Assembly: GCF_001999965.1 (NCBI RefSeq)
Contig: NZ_CP019646.1
Span: 3,733,125-3,757,124, forward strand
Length of the DNA: 24,000 nt
Direction of reading: 5' to 3'
Source of the DNA: Limihaloglobus sulfuriphilus
Lineage (GTDB): Bacteria > Planctomycetota > Phycisphaerae > Sedimentisphaerales > Sedimentisphaeraceae
Part shown: positions 22,026 to 24,000 of the stretch, in pieces
How the letters are laid out: every line of letters begins with the position of its first letter
Numbering within the stretch: position 1 is the stretch's first letter
Notes under the pieces: model-generated
The model's database searches: none
What the model saw: the letters and a program-made list of their open reading frames with translations, nothing else
Told to the model about the DNA's origin: nothing
Program-made: the position numbers and the translations under genes

Positions 22026-22508
22026 ATGCAGGAAATAATGCCGATATCCCAAACCGGTGACGAAAAACTCAAAGCCGAACTGGACGAGCTGAAAAAAGAA
22101 GCCGCCGAGCTGAGACAGCGTGTGGCCGAGGCCCGCGAGCACGGCGATTTAAAGGAAAACGGCGAATATATCTACGGCCGCCAGAACCTCTCGTTTGTCG
22201 AGGGGCGTTTGCGGGAGATAATGGGCAAGATCAACTACTCCGAGGTTACCGACTGCACCGCGGCTCCGCTCGATACAGCCGGCTTCGGTACGGTTGTAAA
22301 GGTTCGTGACCTTGACAGCGGCCGGGAGATCGTGTATCAGCTGCTTGGCCCGTATGATTACGACCTGACTGAAAACAGCATCTCGATCCTCTCGCCGATC
22401 GGCAACGCACTGTACGGCCTGAGTGTCGGGGAAAAAGTCAGCGTAAGTGTTCCCCGCGGCGAATCAAATTTCGAGATACTTGAAATCACCGCCTCTGAAT
22501 TTAAATAA
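22026..22508 (+). CDS. greA: Transcription elongation factor GreA
   Basis: The N-terminal coiled coil is LKAELDELKKEAAELRQRVAEAREHGDLKENGEY, containing the acidic-tip DLKEN motif. The C-terminal globular domain is FGTVVKVRDLDSGREIVYQLLGP...SPIGNALYGLSVGEKVSV. The start may be the Met 4 codons downstream. Confidence 0.95.
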   Translation: MQEIMPISQTGDEKLKAELDELKKEAAELRQRVAEAREHGDLKENGEYIYGRQNLSFVEGRLREIMGKINYSEVTDCTAAPLDTAGFGTVVKVRDLDSGREIVYQLLGPYDYDLTENSISILSPIGNALYGLSVGEKVSVSVPRGESNFEILEITASEFK

Positions 22509-22567
22509 ATCGGGCTCTCCGCTGTGATCTGATAGCCTTACAGACTTCAATATGAGGATAAAAATAT

Positions 22568-23152
22568 ATGAAACTTCCGGAAATTAACAATCCGCGTGCG
22601 TTTAAAAGCCTGTACGCAATAGACTTCGGTGAATACAGCTCTGTCGGCTTTACCGGCAGGGAGGTCGCTGAGCTGCTCGAGAGTGAGAGGTACCGCGGCG
22701 TAAAGGTTTACCGTATCCATAACGCCAGACCTGACGGCACTATGGAGCTAAAGGGCGTGCAACGCGAGACGTTTGAACTTGAGAGCGGGATGTTTTTCTA
22801 CGCTGATGACGAAGACCAGGCGCGGCAGTATTATAACCGGCTGGTTGAGATCGCCCTCAAGGCCTCACCGCCGGAACGGGCGAAGGTGCACCTTGCAAAA
22901 ACGGGTGATTCATTCGCTGCCGCGATAATCTATCCGGCAGAGGCGGATGCGGATTTTGCTGACTGGCTAAAGGCCGCCGGTTACATGACCAGCGGGTTTG
23001 TCGAGGGCGGCATGTGCAGTGTCAGCAGGTACTATCACGGCAATGCGGAAATACTCGAGAGCAGACAGCTCTTCGCGGCGGACGAAGTACGCCACCGCAG
23101 CGGGGAAGAGCTGCTGGCGGATATCCGTAAACCCTTGCAGCGGTACGCTTAA
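22568..23152 (+). CDS. Hypothetical protein (194 aa) with no family I recognise
   Basis: This is a long ORF with host-like composition on the same strand as greA, and AGGA lies upstream of the ATG. I recognised no motifs. Confidence 0.65.
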   Translation: MKLPEINNPRAFKSLYAIDFGEYSSVGFTGREVAELLESERYRGVKVYRIHNARPDGTMELKGVQRETFELESGMFFYADDEDQARQYYNRLVEIALKASPPERAKVHLAKTGDSFAAAIIYPAEADADFADWLKAAGYMTSGFVEGGMCSVSRYYHGNAEILESRQLFAADEVRHRSGEELLADIRKPLQRYA

Positions 23153-23190
23153 GTAGAGTGAAAAGGAGAAATGGTTCTTATTTTTCTGTA

Positions 23191-23212
23191 GAGCAAATTC
23201 ACGAATTTGCTC
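23191..23212. promoter_or_regulatory. Perfect 22-bp palindrome GAGCAAATTC-AC-GAATTTGCTC, second full copy of the dispersed motif
   Basis: The arms at 23191-23200 and 23203-23212 are exact reverse complements. The layout matches 760-781, with one compensated change per arm (A to C, T to G). Confidence 0.5.
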
Positions 23213-23263
23213 CAACCGTTATATTTGCAAAGTTAGTGTTGATAGTTGATACCTGTAACACTA

Positions 23264-23436
23264 TGAAAAGTTTTATAGCCGGATTTATGCTGCGGTTTTT
23301 CGCGAAGAAGCCGCCGAAAATAACCGATGCCCAGGCTCACGGGGCATCTCATTCGTCCAATATGCGCAAACTTGGAATCAGCCTCAGCGATCGCGCCCGC
23401 AGCCGAATGCGCCGAAAATGGCTCAGGAGAAAGTAA
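23264..23436 (+). CDS. Possible 57-aa highly basic small protein
   Basis: The internal Met of tracked ORF 23158-23436 gives MKSFIAGFMLRFFAKKPPKITDAQAHGASHSSNMRKLGISLSDRARSRMRRKWLRRK*. I see no clear Shine-Dalgarno sequence. It could be spurious. Confidence 0.25.
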
Positions 23437-23455
23437 GCCCTGAAATAACGAAAGT

Positions 23456-24000
23456 TTATTGTGCGTTTTTCCTGAGCTTGACAAGCACAATCTCGCTTCG
23501 CGTGCCCAGTCTCATTCGCGGCCCCCACGTACCCGTGCCTGATGTGCCGTAGATATAGCTTCCATTATACTCGTGCAGCCCCGTAAGGTGAGGATGCGCC
23601 CATTTTACGATGAAGTTGAACGGGAAAATCTGCCCGCCGTGTGTGTGGCCGGTTAGTGTCAGGTCAATGCCGTATTTTTCTACAGTTTCCGGATTTACAG
23701 GGCCGTGGCTCATCAGGATACAGTATTCTGATTCATCTATTTTCAAAGATTCAATAAAGCCCTCTAAATCATCCTGGTTCTCACTGTATTCGATCCCGGC
23801 AACAACAAAGCTGCAGTACTGCGTCCATTCATTTCTGAGGATTTTAACGCCGGCTTTTTCAATCGATTCATTTACTTTTGCTTTTCCGGCATAGTATTCA
23901 TGGTTGCCGTTGACAAACAACACAGGGGCGCTGAGCCCGCTCAACATTCCGATGGCCTTCCGGGTGGTTTTGTTGTGGTTGTCAACAAGATCGCCGGTAA
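23456..24000 (-). CDS. Calcineurin-like metallophosphoesterase (YaeI/MPP family); 5' end lies outside the window
   Basis: LTGHTHGGQI, LMSHGP and VNGNHEYY are present. The frame stays open upstream of the tracked Met to the window edge, reading ...TGDLVDNHNKTTRKAIGMLSG, which contains the GDxxD motif. Confidence 0.85.
   Translation of the reverse strand, partial: TGDLVDNHNKTTRKAIGMLSGLSAPVLFVNGNHEYYAGKAKVNESIEKAGVKILRNEWTQYCSFVVAGIEYSENQDDLEGFIESLKIDESEYCILMSHGPVNPETVEKYGIDLTLTGHTHGGQIFPFNFIVKWAHPHLTGLHEYNGSYIYGTSGTGTWGPRMRLGTRSEIVLVKLRKNAQ

Noticed and set aside
1-24000. Search for tRNA, rRNA, CRISPR repeats, integrase or transposase, and long terminal repeats
   Set aside because: Reading both strands, I saw no T-loop or acceptor-like tRNA signatures, no regularly spaced direct repeats and no recombinase-like ORFs. 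A manual scan can still miss them.

Overview
This looks like a chromosomal segment of a moderately GC-rich bacterium. Two PEP-CTERM proteins and a GLUG/dockerin-like surface protein suggest a PVC-type lineage (Planctomycetota, Lentisphaerota or Kiritimatiellota), but that is inference only. Most of the window is core housekeeping: obg, coaX, an mnmE-like GTPase, mutS, an active/inactive M16 peptidase pair, an APC permease fused to USP domains, a yitJ-like homocysteine methyltransferase/MTHFR fusion, gap and greA. Two accessory patches interrupt it. (1) At 2717-4509 a strongly AT-rich two-gene cassette sits between coaX and mnmE. It encodes an ABC/AAA_21-type ATPase whose stop overlaps the start (TAATG) of a small Toprim-like protein. 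This is the split-OLD / PARIS / AbiL architecture in a compact form, and it is my best candidate for an uncharacterised defence system. (2) At 19.8-22.0 kb there is a hicA-hicB toxin-antitoxin pair (hicA is 59 aa and missing from the ORF track), an orphan HTH-WYL regulator, and about 480 nt of non-coding DNA containing hairpins. Other signals are a dispersed palindromic motif (GAGmAAATTC-NN-GAATTTkCTC) in several intergenic regions, with an 18-nt exact repeat upstream of obg and greA, and a GC-rich, hairpin-rich, non-coding block of about 220 nt at 522-745 that may be a structured RNA. I found no tRNA, rRNA, CRISPR array, integrase or transposase.
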